From NCBI GenBank assembly GCA_965242525.1, contig OZ251459.1:1120001-1184000 (forward strand): a stretch of DNA of 64,000 nt, in the 5' to 3' direction. This DNA comes from an uncultured Candidatus Binatia bacterium. GTDB lineage: Bacteria > Desulfobacterota > Binatia > UBA9968 > JAJDTQ01. The notes under the pieces are model-generated. The model did not search any database. It saw nothing but the letters and a program-made list of their open reading frames with translations, and was not told the DNA's origin. The translations under genes and the position numbers were made by a program. Positions 27,326 to 37,235 of the stretch are shown piece after piece (position 1 is the first letter of the stretch; each line of letters starts with the position of its first letter).

Positions 27326-28290
27326 GCGTGCTGGTCACCGGCGGGACCGGCTTCGTGGGCGTCCACGTGGCGGCCCAACTGGCCGAGTCGGGCGAGTCAG
27401 TGGTCTCTTTCTCCGCCGCGGACGGGCCGGACGACGCCTCGCTGGACCTCCTGGGGCCGGCCGGGAAGCGCGTGGCCTGGGTGCAGGGCGACGTCCTGGA
27501 CCTGGACCTCCTGTGCGGGGAAATGGAGCGCCGCGGGGTGGACGGGGTGGTCCACGGGGCCGCGGTCACCGCCATCGGCGAGTTGGAGGCGGAGGCCGCG
27601 CGGCAGGCCGCCACCGTGAACGTGGGCGGGGCCGCCACCGTGCTGGAAGCCGCGCGGCTCGCGGGAGTCCGGCGCTTCGTGCACCTGAGCTCGGCGAGCG
27701 TTTACGGCCCCGGGGACCCCGGGACCCCCTTGGACGAGGAGCGGCCCCCGGAACCCCGGGGCATCTACGGCGTCACCAAGCGCGCCGCGGAAGATGTGGT
27801 CCTCCGCTGCTTCGAACTCTTCGGCATGAGCGGCGCGGTGGTGCGCATCTCGGCGCCCTACGGCCCGCTGGAGCGCCCCACCCCCATGCGCACGGTCATG
27901 TCGCCGGTGTACCACTGGTGCCGCGCGGCCCTGGCGGGCCGGGAGGTGGAGCTCGCGGAAGACCTGGAGCGGGACCTCACCTACGTGTCGGACACGGCCC
28001 GGTGCGTGGCGCTGGCCTTCCGCAAGCCGGACCTGCGCCGCCGGGTCTATAACGCGAGCTGCGGCGAGAACCTCCGTTTCTCCGACGTCCTTGCGGCTCT
28101 GGCGCGGGTCCGACCGGGCTTCCGCTTCCGCCTCGCGGAAGGCCGGGCCCTGTCGCCGTTCTTCCGCGACAGCCTGCGGGGACCCTTGTCCATGGAGCGG
28201 ACCGGGGAAGAGCTCGGCTTCGCCCCGCGGTACGACATCGAAAGCGGGCTGGGCCGCTACCTGGAATGGCTGGAGCGCCATCCCGCCTGA
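27322..28290 (+). CDS. NAD-dependent epimerase/dehydratase (extended SDR)
   Basis: LVTGGTGFVG, LSSASVYG, YGVTK; GTGA overlap. Confidence 0.92.
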   Translation: MSVLVTGGTGFVGVHVAAQLAESGESVVSFSAADGPDDASLDLLGPAGKRVAWVQGDVLDLDLLCGEMERRGVDGVVHGAAVTAIGELEAEAARQAATVNVGGAATVLEAARLAGVRRFVHLSSASVYGPGDPGTPLDEERPPEPRGIYGVTKRAAEDVVLRCFELFGMSGAVVRISAPYGPLERPTPMRTVMSPVYHWCRAALAGREVELAEDLERDLTYVSDTARCVALAFRKPDLRRRVYNASCGENLRFSDVLAALARVRPGFRFRLAEGRALSPFFRDSLRGPLSMERTGEELGFAPRYDIESGLGRYLEWLERHPA

Positions 28291-28314
28291 GCGCCCGTCC
28301 GGGAAGGAGTCCCC

Positions 28315-28989
28315 ATGCCGAAGCTCATCGACCTGAGCCTGCCGTTGACCACCCGGGTGACCGTGGTGCCGGGCCATCCGGGCCTGTCGTTCCACCCCAT
28401 CCATACCCACGAGACCCACGGGCGCTCCAACACCGAGATGCGCGCCAGCATCCACACGGGCACCCACTGCGACCCGCCGTTCCATTTCGTCCCCGAGGGC
28501 AAGACCATCGACCAAGTGCCGCTGGAGCGCTTCATGGGCCCCGCGGTCAAGATCGACCTGCGCCGCAAGGCCAGGCCCCGGACCGGCGTCACCATCGACC
28601 ACGTGCGCTCCTCCCCGGGCTTCCGCGAGGAGGACCTGGAGGGAAGGATCGTGGTGCTCCATACCGGCTGGAACCGCAAGATGTTCGGCGACCCCAACTA
28701 CTATTTCGACAACCCCTTCCTCACCGTGGAGCTGGCCCGCTGGCTGGCGTCGAAGCGCATCAGGGCGTTGGCCCTGGACTCGCCCCAGGACCGGGTGGAA
28801 GGGCCGCCGCACCCCGGCGACTTCCCGGTGCACCGCGCCTTCCTGGGCAGGGGCATCCCGTTCATCGAGCACCTGGCCAACCTGCACAAGGTCCGCACGC
28901 GGACCTTCACGCTGGTCGCGTTTCCCATCCGGATCGAGGGGGGAGACGGCGCGCCGTGCCGCGCCGTTGCGGTGGTGGAGACGGGGTAG
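28315..28989 (+). CDS. Cyclase family (kynurenine formamidase-like) metal-dependent hydrolase
   Basis: HTGTHCDPPFH, LHTGW, VH..FL...IEHLANL, DGAPCRAVA. Confidence 0.93.
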   Translation: MPKLIDLSLPLTTRVTVVPGHPGLSFHPIHTHETHGRSNTEMRASIHTGTHCDPPFHFVPEGKTIDQVPLERFMGPAVKIDLRRKARPRTGVTIDHVRSSPGFREEDLEGRIVVLHTGWNRKMFGDPNYYFDNPFLTVELARWLASKRIRALALDSPQDRVEGPPHPGDFPVHRAFLGRGIPFIEHLANLHKVRTRTFTLVAFPIRIEGGDGAPCRAVAVVETG

Positions 28990-29048
28990 GGGGCTGCGGC
29001 CCCTCCCGGAAGGAGACGCCGCAGCCGTTTCCGGTCAGGTCCCGGACG

Positions 29049-30086
29049 TCACCTGGGCAGCATCCACTCGAGTCGCTTCCTGGTCTCCGGGGACATGGAC
29101 AGGATCGTGTCCACGTGCCGGTCGGCCTCCTCCCCGGAAACGTACACCACGTTCAGTTTGGACTTCCCGGCGTCCGCCAGGAAAGCGGGGTCCTTCAGGG
29201 TGGCCGCATACGCCTTGCGCCAGACCGCCACCCGTTCCTTGGGCGTGCCCGGCGAGAGCGTCAACGGGCGCTGGAAGTTGTACTGGACGCCCCAGGCCCG
29301 GAGCATGGCCACGTTGTCCTCGCCCTTCACCAGGTCCCGCACCCGGGGCACGTCCCGGACCTCCGCGTCGGGAGGGTTGCCGTACACCAGGATCGGGATG
29401 AGCTTGTCGCCGCCCGCGGCGTCGAGCATGGAGCGGGCGGTGACCCGCATGGACTCGAACGCCATGCACACTCCGCCCAGCTCCCGGGCCTGCATGGCCA
29501 GGCGCACCTTGGAGGTGCCCTTGTACCCGGGAACGATGTCGAAGAGCTTCTTGCCGGAAGCGATGTTGAGGATGGTGGGCAGGGTGGTGCCGGTGCCCCC
29601 GGCCGAGCCCACCTTGAGGGGCTTGCCGGACTTCACCAAGTCGTCCCAGGTCCTGATTCCGGTGAACCCCATCACCGCGCAACTGGGCCACCCGGTGACG
29701 GGCGCGCCCACCCAGCCGAAGTTCCGTCCCTGGAAATGGACGCGCCGGGAGCCCAGCGCCTCGTGCAGGAGGAACACGTTGTTCCACACCCCCACAGTCA
29801 GGCCGTCGGGCTTGACCTTGTTGTAGAGGTAGTTGGCGACGATGAGGCCCCCCGCGCCGGTCATGTTCTGCACCACCGGGGTGGGGTTTCCGGGGAAATG
29901 CTTGCCGATGTGGCGCGCCGCGGTGCGGGTGTAGGTGTCGTAGCCTCCGCCCGGCGACGCCCCGACGATGAACCGAAGGGTCTTGCCCCTGTAGAAGTCC
30001 GCGTCGCTCCACGCGGCGCTCGAAAGGCCCAGCACGAGCGCCAGCGCGGCGCTGGTCCCCATCCACTTGGCAGGCGCTTTCTTCAT
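29049..30086 (-). CDS. tctC: Tripartite tricarboxylate transporter substrate-binding protein (Bug/TctC)
   Basis: FYRGKT, VGASPGGGYD, QNMTGAGG, KPDGLT, GYKG, PGTPKER, DPAFLADA. Confidence 0.92.
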   Translation of the reverse strand: MKKAPAKWMGTSAALALVLGLSSAAWSDADFYRGKTLRFIVGASPGGGYDTYTRTAARHIGKHFPGNPTPVVQNMTGAGGLIVANYLYNKVKPDGLTVGVWNNVFLLHEALGSRRVHFQGRNFGWVGAPVTGWPSCAVMGFTGIRTWDDLVKSGKPLKVGSAGGTGTTLPTILNIASGKKLFDIVPGYKGTSKVRLAMQARELGGVCMAFESMRVTARSMLDAAGGDKLIPILVYGNPPDAEVRDVPRVRDLVKGEDNVAMLRAWGVQYNFQRPLTLSPGTPKERVAVWRKAYAATLKDPAFLADAGKSKLNVVYVSGEEADRHVDTILSMSPETRKRLEWMLPR

Positions 30087-30135
30087 CCGTCCGCTCCCTT
30101 CCCGGTGGCGTTTCGGCCGGCGCCGAACCCGCGAA

Positions 30136-30164
30136 GGATGCAAGAGACCGCAAGGGTTTGTCAA
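30136..30164 (-). promoter_or_regulatory. Putative sigma70 promoter for tctC
   Basis: Reverse strand TTGACA-aacccttgcggtctcttg-CATCCT. Confidence 0.45.
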
Positions 30165-30190
30165 GCGGCAAAAAGGAGGGGTTGGCGAGG

Positions 30191-32320
30191 TCAATCGGGA
30201 GCAGGGTTCGCCGGTATCTCTACTCTCCAGCCTTCCGCGTCATATACGGGTGACCCCCTGCGGTGTCCGTGGTGTCCCGTCCTGATGCGGGAGACGGGAT
30301 CATCGGGGAGGGGAAAGACAGCGATGCACTTCCCTTCGAATGGCACGACGGAGCTCCATATCCGCGAGTTGAAACCGCTGAGGAGGCGCCATTCGTGGGA
30401 ATTTTTCGGGTCTTCCGGGACCACCTCCACGAAGACTTGCCTCCATCTCAAATCCTCCCGGACGCAGGGAGCCTTGACGTGGGTCAGTGCGTCGTCACCG
30501 AGATAGACGTCGAACCGGGAACGCGCTACGAGGTCTCCGGACACCGCATGCCGGTACGTAGCCCGGTACAACTCGTCCAGGTCGTCGATACCTGCCGAAT
30601 CATACAGGAACACCAGTTCGTTTTCAGGGGTAAGCAGGGAGTCGCTCTCTACTCGGTCGTGGGTGAGGATGAAGTCGGCGGCGGCAACTCCCATGTCGAA
30701 GGGTTGCGCCAGCAAGCTTCCGGCGAGGTAGTAGTCCCATGTGCGATACTGGTGCATGAGATGCCCGGACCATTCCGGCCCGACGGACCCGAGGAGCATG
30801 ACCACCTTTCCCCGGGTGGTCTCGCGGATGGCCCCGAGTTCGGCCATGGCCGCCTTCTGGACCTCCACCGCACGGGGGTCAGCCCGCCGTCGTTGATCCA
30901 TCTGGAAGGCAGAGGCCACGAAGGCGAGCAGCGCCGCAACCGCAAGGCCGACCACCGGCCCACGCCCCCAGCGCCGGCGCACGTACAGCAGCAGCAGCGA
31001 ATACGACACCAGCGGCACGCCCACGTAGTACAGGGCCTCGTGCGCGTGTACGGGTTGCGCCACGTTATGGCGCATGGGCAGCGCCCAGCAGAACCCCGAC
31101 AGGGCAAGGGTGGCCAGCAGCAGGCGGTGGCGCCGGACCAACAGCGACCTCGCAAGCCGGACCACCACCAAAGAGGCCACCGCCGCCAGCAGCAACGACA
31201 CGACGTAAACCGACAACTCCGGCCACGAAAGGCCGGTCTCCGAAAAGGGGACCGACGGAAACAACCCCCGCAAACCCGCCCCCCAGTCGCTCACCACCAG
31301 GGGGACCGATGCCACCCGGACACGATGGAACTGCTGTCGCAGGAAGCGCAGCCACCACCCGGGGTCGAAGGAGGCCTCCACCTCCGGGTCCAGTCCGGTG
31401 CGCCTGAGCATGGACCGGAACGAAGGCAGTTCGCTCACCGGGGTCTCGCCTCGGAACGCGGTGTACTCGTTGGCGAAGTTGAAGCTCAGGACGGCCATGC
31501 CGAACAGCAGTGCGGCCAAGCCAAGGGCCGCGTAGCGGCTGCGCAGCACCGCCGCCCCGGAAGAGCACACACGCGGCCACACCGCGGTCCCGTCCCTCCA
31601 CGCCCGGATCGCCTCGCCCGCCAGGCCCAGGAGGATGAAGGGCAGCAGGAAGGCGTACACGTGCCACCCCAGCAGCAGCGCAACGCCGGTCTTGGCCAGC
31701 AACTGGGGGAACCGTCCCTCCTGCACGAACACCACCATGCCGTGGAAGGCCAGCATGACCGCGAACAGGTCCACGCTGGCCTCGGTCTGGACCGCCACGT
31801 CGTTGTAGAAGAGCATGTAGTAGGAAGAGAAGGCCGCGAGGGTGGCGGCTACTGCGACCCAGGGGCGGGAGGTGATGCGTGCGAGGGCATGGAAGGCCAG
31901 GACCGCGGCGGCACTGAACAGGAGCAGCATGAGCATGCGGGCGGCGAGGATCTTTGCGGAGAGGTCGTTTCCGAAAGGGAAGATGGCGAGTTTGATGAGT
32001 GCGTATCCGCCGACGGGAAAACGGCTGTACATGTCGTATGCGGGGGCGCCGTCCGATCCTTGGCGCCGCCTCGGGAACAACCGGAAACGGTGTTCGAGGG
32101 ACAGGTTCTCGGCTATGGCCAAGGTTATCCCCATATTCCCGTTGTGCTCGTCCGGACCGTAGAAATATCCCTTGTCCACGCTGCACAGGAACAACGTGGA
32201 CAGCGCCAGCAGCAACAACGGCAGGGTGAAGCGTTCGGGCCGGAATCCGGGGGAGGGACAGGCGCTGGACGGTGGGGTCGATTCGTCTCCGTCTCTCGAA
32301 GGCGCATCCGATGGAGCCAT
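30191..32320 (-). CDS. Polytopic membrane protein, GT-C-like, with two-Cys C-terminal domain (paralog A)
   Basis: Many hydrophobic segments; first loop GPDEH...YSRFP; HxHE in a late loop; C-terminal SRFDVYL...PC...GKC...IRTG domain. Confidence 0.8.
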   Translation of the reverse strand: MAPSDAPSRDGDESTPPSSACPSPGFRPERFTLPLLLLALSTLFLCSVDKGYFYGPDEHNGNMGITLAIAENLSLEHRFRLFPRRRQGSDGAPAYDMYSRFPVGGYALIKLAIFPFGNDLSAKILAARMLMLLLFSAAAVLAFHALARITSRPWVAVAATLAAFSSYYMLFYNDVAVQTEASVDLFAVMLAFHGMVVFVQEGRFPQLLAKTGVALLLGWHVYAFLLPFILLGLAGEAIRAWRDGTAVWPRVCSSGAAVLRSRYAALGLAALLFGMAVLSFNFANEYTAFRGETPVSELPSFRSMLRRTGLDPEVEASFDPGWWLRFLRQQFHRVRVASVPLVVSDWGAGLRGLFPSVPFSETGLSWPELSVYVVSLLLAAVASLVVVRLARSLLVRRHRLLLATLALSGFCWALPMRHNVAQPVHAHEALYYVGVPLVSYSLLLLYVRRRWGRGPVVGLAVAALLAFVASAFQMDQRRRADPRAVEVQKAAMAELGAIRETTRGKVVMLLGSVGPEWSGHLMHQYRTWDYYLAGSLLAQPFDMGVAAADFILTHDRVESDSLLTPENELVFLYDSAGIDDLDELYRATYRHAVSGDLVARSRFDVYLGDDALTHVKAPCVREDLRWRQVFVEVVPEDPKNSHEWRLLSGFNSRIWSSVVPFEGKCIAVFPLPDDPVSRIRTGHHGHRRGSPVYDAEGWRVEIPANPAPD

Positions 32321-32523
32321 TCCCGCGACTATAGCAGACAGGCAGGCCGGGGCAACTTTGCCCCGCTCCCTCGCGGTATCCGCAAGGTCGTCCCTTGCCG
32401 GGCGACGGATCCGGGGCCCGCGGTCCGGTGTTCGACGAGACCGCTCTATGGTATAAGTAAGTGTGCCGTCGCGAGTGGGAAGACTCCGAAAGGCGAAAGG
32501 TCTCGAACCATGGGACTCGAACC

Positions 32524-33450
32524 ATGCTGAGACAGGAAGCAATCGCGCGTACGGTTGCCGCGTTATGGAAGACCAACCAGTATGATCTGCCCGCGGACTT
32601 CAAGTCATCCTTGAAGGAACGGTACGAGCGGGAGACCAGCGAGTTGGGCAAGGCCCACCTCAAGGCGAACCTGGACGCGGTGGCCGGGGCCTCGGCCCGG
32701 AACATGCCTTTCTGCGCCGACACCGGACTGCTGACCTATTACGTGGTCCTGGGCGCCGGGATCATCCACCGGATGGAAGGCGGCTACCGCGCCCTGGAGG
32801 AGACCCTGCGCAAGGTGAGCGCCGAGGTCACGTCGGAGATCCCGCTGCGCCCGAACGCGGTCCATCCCCTGACGCGCCACAACCCCAACACCAACCGGGG
32901 TCCGGGATGCCCGGACATCAAGGTCCGGGTGGCGCCGGACGCGGATTTCCTGGAGGTCACCAACGTGGCCGTGGGGGGCGGACCGGAGCTGGTGGGCAGC
33001 AGGTTCACGGTGCTGCCGCCCACGGCCGGCGAGAAGGGCGTGCGGAAGTTCGTCGTGGAGTCCACCATCCACCTGGTGCGTCTCGGCGCCACCTGCTCTC
33101 CCAACCTCGTGGGCGTAGGGCTGGGCGGCGCCTTCGAGAACTGCGCCCGCATGGCCAAGGAGGCCGCCATCCTGCGGCCCGTGGGCGACCGCAACCCGGA
33201 CCCGGAGCTGGCCCGACTGGAGGACCGGCTCATGGACGACGTCTCCCGGCTCCGGTTGGGACCTATGGGCATGGGCGGGGCCACCTCGGCTTTCGACGTG
33301 CACGTGGAGATGGCGTTCTGCCACATGGCGACCCTGCCCGTGGCGGTCTATCTCCAGTGCGCCGCCATGCGCCGGACCACGGTGCGGATGTACGCCGACG
33401 GCCGGGTGGAGAGCCGGCCCTTGTCGAGCTGGATGGACCGGGAGGCCTGA
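32524..33450 (+). CDS. Fe-S hydro-lyase alpha subunit (class I fumarate hydratase/tartrate dehydratase family), divergent
   Basis: PFCADTG, PLRPNAVHPL, CSPNLVGVGLGG, LGPMGMGG, H..TLPVAV..QC. Confidence 0.88.
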   Translation: MLRQEAIARTVAALWKTNQYDLPADFKSSLKERYERETSELGKAHLKANLDAVAGASARNMPFCADTGLLTYYVVLGAGIIHRMEGGYRALEETLRKVSAEVTSEIPLRPNAVHPLTRHNPNTNRGPGCPDIKVRVAPDADFLEVTNVAVGGGPELVGSRFTVLPPTAGEKGVRKFVVESTIHLVRLGATCSPNLVGVGLGGAFENCARMAKEAAILRPVGDRNPDPELARLEDRLMDDVSRLRLGPMGMGGATSAFDVHVEMAFCHMATLPVAVYLQCAAMRRTTVRMYADGRVESRPLSSWMDREA

Positions 33451-33451
33451 C

Positions 33452-34063
33452 GTGAGGACGGTCCACCTGGAGAGCCCGGTGAGCGAGGAAACCCTGCGGG
33501 ACCTGGACGCCGGGGACTCGGTCACCCTCAGCGGACGCCTGTTCACCTGCCGCTCCCTGACCTACGACCGCCTGCTGGACCCCGAGGGAGGGGAGGAGGT
33601 CCGGAAACGGCTGAAGGAGCTCGGGGCGGAGACCGTGTTCCACAGCGGGCCGCTGGTCAGGGAAGGGCCTGACCGTGCGGAGATGATCGCCATGGTGCCC
33701 ATGCCGAGCTGGCTCGCGGGGCGCGAGAAGATCGAGAAAGCGGTGGAGGTCCTGGGTCTCAAGGTGGTCATCGGCAAGGGAATGCTCGAAGGGCTGGAAG
33801 GTTTCTGCCAGCGCTCCGGCTGCGTCCACGTTGTGTGCGCCGGCAACTACAACGAGTACGCTTCGCGCGTGGTCCGGGTGGTCGAACGCCGCTGGCCCGA
33901 GCTCGGCCGGCCCGAGGCCATGTGGATCGTGGAAGTGGAACGGCTGGGGCCCTTCATCGTGGACGCGGACACCAAGGGGAAGAGCCTCTACCGGGCCATC
34001 GACGACGACTTCAAGTCGGAGGCCGCGGCCCTCCTGGAGGAACTCGGCATCGAGCTGGACTGA
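33452..34063 (+). CDS. Fe-S hydro-lyase beta subunit, divergent
   Basis: GDSVTLSGRLFTCR, FHSGPLV, VIGKG, ELGRPEAMW, GPFIVDADTKGKSLY. Confidence 0.88.
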   Translation: MRTVHLESPVSEETLRDLDAGDSVTLSGRLFTCRSLTYDRLLDPEGGEEVRKRLKELGAETVFHSGPLVREGPDRAEMIAMVPMPSWLAGREKIEKAVEVLGLKVVIGKGMLEGLEGFCQRSGCVHVVCAGNYNEYASRVVRVVERRWPELGRPEAMWIVEVERLGPFIVDADTKGKSLYRAIDDDFKSEAAALLEELGIELD

Positions 34064-34112
34064 CTCGCCGGACGGCCGCCTTGTCCCGCCCGCGCCCCAC
34101 GAACCCACCCCC

Positions 34113-37100
34113 ATGAACCCCATGCTCCGAACCGCGCTCCACGCCGCGGGGGTCGTGCTCGGCGTCCTCGGCCTGGTGCTGGCCCTGCTCCTGTGGCGGC
34201 TGTCGAGCGGTCCCATCTCCCTGGGCTTCCTCTCGCCCTACATCGAGGAAGCGCTCCACCCGGACGGCTCGCCCTACCGCATCGACTTCGACGACACCAT
34301 CCTGACCTGGGGCGGCTGGCGCCAGGCGCCGGACGTCCGCATGACCGGGGTGCGCATCGCGGAGGCCGACGGCCGCACCCTGGTGGAGGCGCCGCAGGTG
34401 TCCCTGGGGCTGGACCGGGCCGCGTTGCTGCGCCGGGCCGTCGCGCTGTCGTCCATCGAACTGATCGGGCCGCAGGCGAACCTGGTCCGCCGCAGGGAAG
34501 GGGGGATGGGCTTGGCCGCGGCGGAGGGCGCGGGGGACGACTCCCTGGGCGCCCTGGCGGCCTACCTGCTCGCCCCGTCCCGGGAGGACTCCCTGCTGGC
34601 CGGGCTCGAGCACGTGGGGGTTTCGGAGGCCCGCATCACCGTCGAGGACGAGTCCACCGGCCGGACCCTGGCCCTGCGCGAGGTGGGTCTCGTCATCGAC
34701 GCGGACAGCAGGGACGTCAAGGTCAACGGTACGTTGTCGCTGGACGCCGACGCCCGGGTCCGGTTCCTGGTCCTCCACCACCGGGACGGCGGACGCACCG
34801 ACGTACTGGTCACCTTCTCCCGACTGGACCCGGCAAGCCTCGCCGCGTTCTTCCACCGGCACGCAGAGGCCCTGTCCGCGGTCCGGGCGCCGCTCTCGGG
34901 CAAGGCGTCGCTGAGCCTGACGCCGGCCGGTGCGGTGGAAGAGGTCGATTTCGAAGTCCGGGGCGAGGCCGGCGGCATCGTGCTGCCCAAGGTCTTCCGG
35001 GCGCCGGTGCCGGTGCGGCGGCTCGCGGCCGTGGGGACCGTGGACGCGGGTCTCTCCCGGCTCAGGTTGGAGTCCTTCAGCCTCGACACCCCCGGACCCA
35101 GGTTCCTGTTCAACGGCGTGTTCCGGCGGAGCGCGGCCGGCGTCGGCGTCGAGGGGCGCTTCCAGGCCCTCGGGCTCCGGTTCGACGAGCTTTCCTACTA
35201 CTGGCCCGAGGACGCCGTCGGCAACGGCGGTCGGCGCTGGATACTGGACAACGTCGACGCCGGCGTCATCACCCGCCTGGACGCGAAGCTCGCCATGGAA
35301 CCGGGAGCCCCGGAGGACCGCGGGGGCGGGGCCGCGGCGGTCTCCGGCACGCTCGCGTTCGAGGACGCCCGCATCCACTACCTCCGTCCCATGCCTCCGG
35401 TGGAAGGGGTGGACGGGGCGGGGAGTTTCACCGGCGATTCCCTGGAACTGGAGTTGAGCGGCGGCCGTCTGTCCGGGGTCGCGGCGCCGCGCGCGACCGC
35501 ACGGTTGAGCGGAATCCACGGCGAGGGTCCCCGCCTGCGGGTGGAGGCGGAGGCGGAGGGACCGGCCGCGGACGTGCTCGCCCTGCTGGACCATCCGCGC
35601 CTGGGGCTGGCGGGCGAGGCGGGGTTCCGGCCGGAGGGGGTCGGGGGCAGGGTGCGCGGCGGCTTCACCGTCGATCTGCCCCTGCTCGCGCCCGAGGACG
35701 TGGAGGTGACCGCCGCGGCCCGGGTGGAGGACGGCCGCATGTCCCTGTTCGACGGGCGGTTCGACGTGACCCGGGCCGCGCTGCGCCTCGACGTGGACCC
35801 CGCGGGCATGGACCTCCGGGGAACGGTGCGGGTCCAGGACACGCCTGCGACCGTCATCGGGCGGGAGAACTTCGGCGGCGGCGCGCCGTTCGCGCGGCGT
35901 TACGACCTGTCCATGGCCCTCACGCCCGAGGGGCAGGCCGCCTTGGGGATCGATCCGGCGCCCTACGTGCAGGGGAAGGCCGCGCTTCGCGCGGTCTTCA
36001 CGGACCCGGGGCGGGGACCGCCCCGGGCAGACATCGAGATCGACGCGAAAGAGGCGAGGCTGGAGATCCCGGAGATCCTGTGGGACAAGCCCGAAGGCGA
36101 GGCCGGGAAGGTGAGCGTCCGGGCCGAGTTCCCCGCGGGCGGCGGCGTCGAGCTGGAGTCCATCGACGTCCGGACCGAAAGTTTCAGCGCTCTGGGACGA
36201 GGGGCCCTGGGCCCCGGTTGGGACTCCCTCCGGGACCTCACGGTCGCCCACGTCCGATACGGCCGGAACGACGTCGCCGGGCGCATGGAGCGGGACGGCG
36301 ACGCGGGTTGGCGCGTCTCGGTCAGCGGCGCGAGCCTCGACGCGAGGCCGTACCTGGAGGGCCTCATGGACGAGGATGAGGCCCCGGCATCGACTCCGTT
36401 GACCCTGGACCTGGAGGTGGGGCGCTTGGTCACCGCGGAAGGCCGGCAACTGGCCGATACCCGCGGGCGTTTCGTCACCGGTCCCGGGGGCCGGCGCACC
36501 GGGTTCCTCGAAGGGAAGCTCCCCACCGGAGGTGCGCTGCGCCTGACCCTGAAGCCCCTGGGCGCCAAGCGCCGGTTGATCGTGCAGTCCAACGACGCAG
36601 GGGCGGTGGCGCGCGCCTTCGACCTCTACCGGGACGCCGTCGGCGGCCGCCTGCTGATGGACGCGGTGGTGCACGACGACCTGCCGGACCGGCCCGTCAC
36701 CGGCACGGTGACGGTTCGCGACTACCGGGTGGTCAACGCTTCGACGTTGGCCGAGATCCTCTCCGCCGCGTCCTTGACCGGCTTCCTGGACCTGCTGCGC
36801 AGCGACGGCATCGCCTTCTCCACCTTCACCTTGCCCTTCTCCGTCGAGGGCGGCGTCCTCGAGGTGGAGGACGCCAAGGCCGCGGGCACGGCCCTGGGCC
36901 TCAACGCCGAGGGAACGGTGGACCTCCGGACCGACGCGGTGCGCATCCGGGGCACCATCGTACCGGCCTATACGCTCAACAGCTTCGTGGGCAACATTCC
37001 GCTGATTGGAGACCTGCTGAAGGTGGGGCAGGGCGAGGGGCTGTTCGCGGCCACCTACCGGGTCACCGGCTCCCGGGAGCGGCCCGAGGTGGCCGTCAAC

Positions 37101-37235
37101 CCGCTGTCGGCCCTGGCGCCGGCGTTCCTGCGCAAGCTGTTCTCGTTCCCCGGGAAGGACCCCGGAGAAGGGAAGGCCGCTAGAACCCCGGCGGCGCCTT
37201 CTTCCTCCGCTCCAGCCCCCGCCAAGTCTCCATGA
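34113..37235 (+). CDS. AsmA-like / YhdP (DUF3971) family periplasm-spanning protein
   Basis: N-terminal TM then RLSSGPISL; beta-rich body; C-terminal GTIVPAY.LN...NIPLIG...GLFAATY.VTG...VNPLSALAP. Confidence 0.88.
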   Translation: MNPMLRTALHAAGVVLGVLGLVLALLLWRLSSGPISLGFLSPYIEEALHPDGSPYRIDFDDTILTWGGWRQAPDVRMTGVRIAEADGRTLVEAPQVSLGLDRAALLRRAVALSSIELIGPQANLVRRREGGMGLAAAEGAGDDSLGALAAYLLAPSREDSLLAGLEHVGVSEARITVEDESTGRTLALREVGLVIDADSRDVKVNGTLSLDADARVRFLVLHHRDGGRTDVLVTFSRLDPASLAAFFHRHAEALSAVRAPLSGKASLSLTPAGAVEEVDFEVRGEAGGIVLPKVFRAPVPVRRLAAVGTVDAGLSRLRLESFSLDTPGPRFLFNGVFRRSAAGVGVEGRFQALGLRFDELSYYWPEDAVGNGGRRWILDNVDAGVITRLDAKLAMEPGAPEDRGGGAAAVSGTLAFEDARIHYLRPMPPVEGVDGAGSFTGDSLELELSGGRLSGVAAPRATARLSGIHGEGPRLRVEAEAEGPAADVLALLDHPRLGLAGEAGFRPEGVGGRVRGGFTVDLPLLAPEDVEVTAAARVEDGRMSLFDGRFDVTRAALRLDVDPAGMDLRGTVRVQDTPATVIGRENFGGGAPFARRYDLSMALTPEGQAALGIDPAPYVQGKAALRAVFTDPGRGPPRADIEIDAKEARLEIPEILWDKPEGEAGKVSVRAEFPAGGGVELESIDVRTESFSALGRGALGPGWDSLRDLTVAHVRYGRNDVAGRMERDGDAGWRVSVSGASLDARPYLEGLMDEDEAPASTPLTLDLEVGRLVTAEGRQLADTRGRFVTGPGGRRTGFLEGKLPTGGALRLTLKPLGAKRRLIVQSNDAGAVARAFDLYRDAVGGRLLMDAVVHDDLPDRPVTGTVTVRDYRVVNASTLAEILSAASLTGFLDLLRSDGIAFSTFTLPFSVEGGVLEVEDAKAAGTALGLNAEGTVDLRTDAVRIRGTIVPAYTLNSFVGNIPLIGDLLKVGQGEGLFAATYRVTGSRERPEVAVNPLSALAPAFLRKLFSFPGKDPGEGKAARTPAAPSSSAPAPAKSP

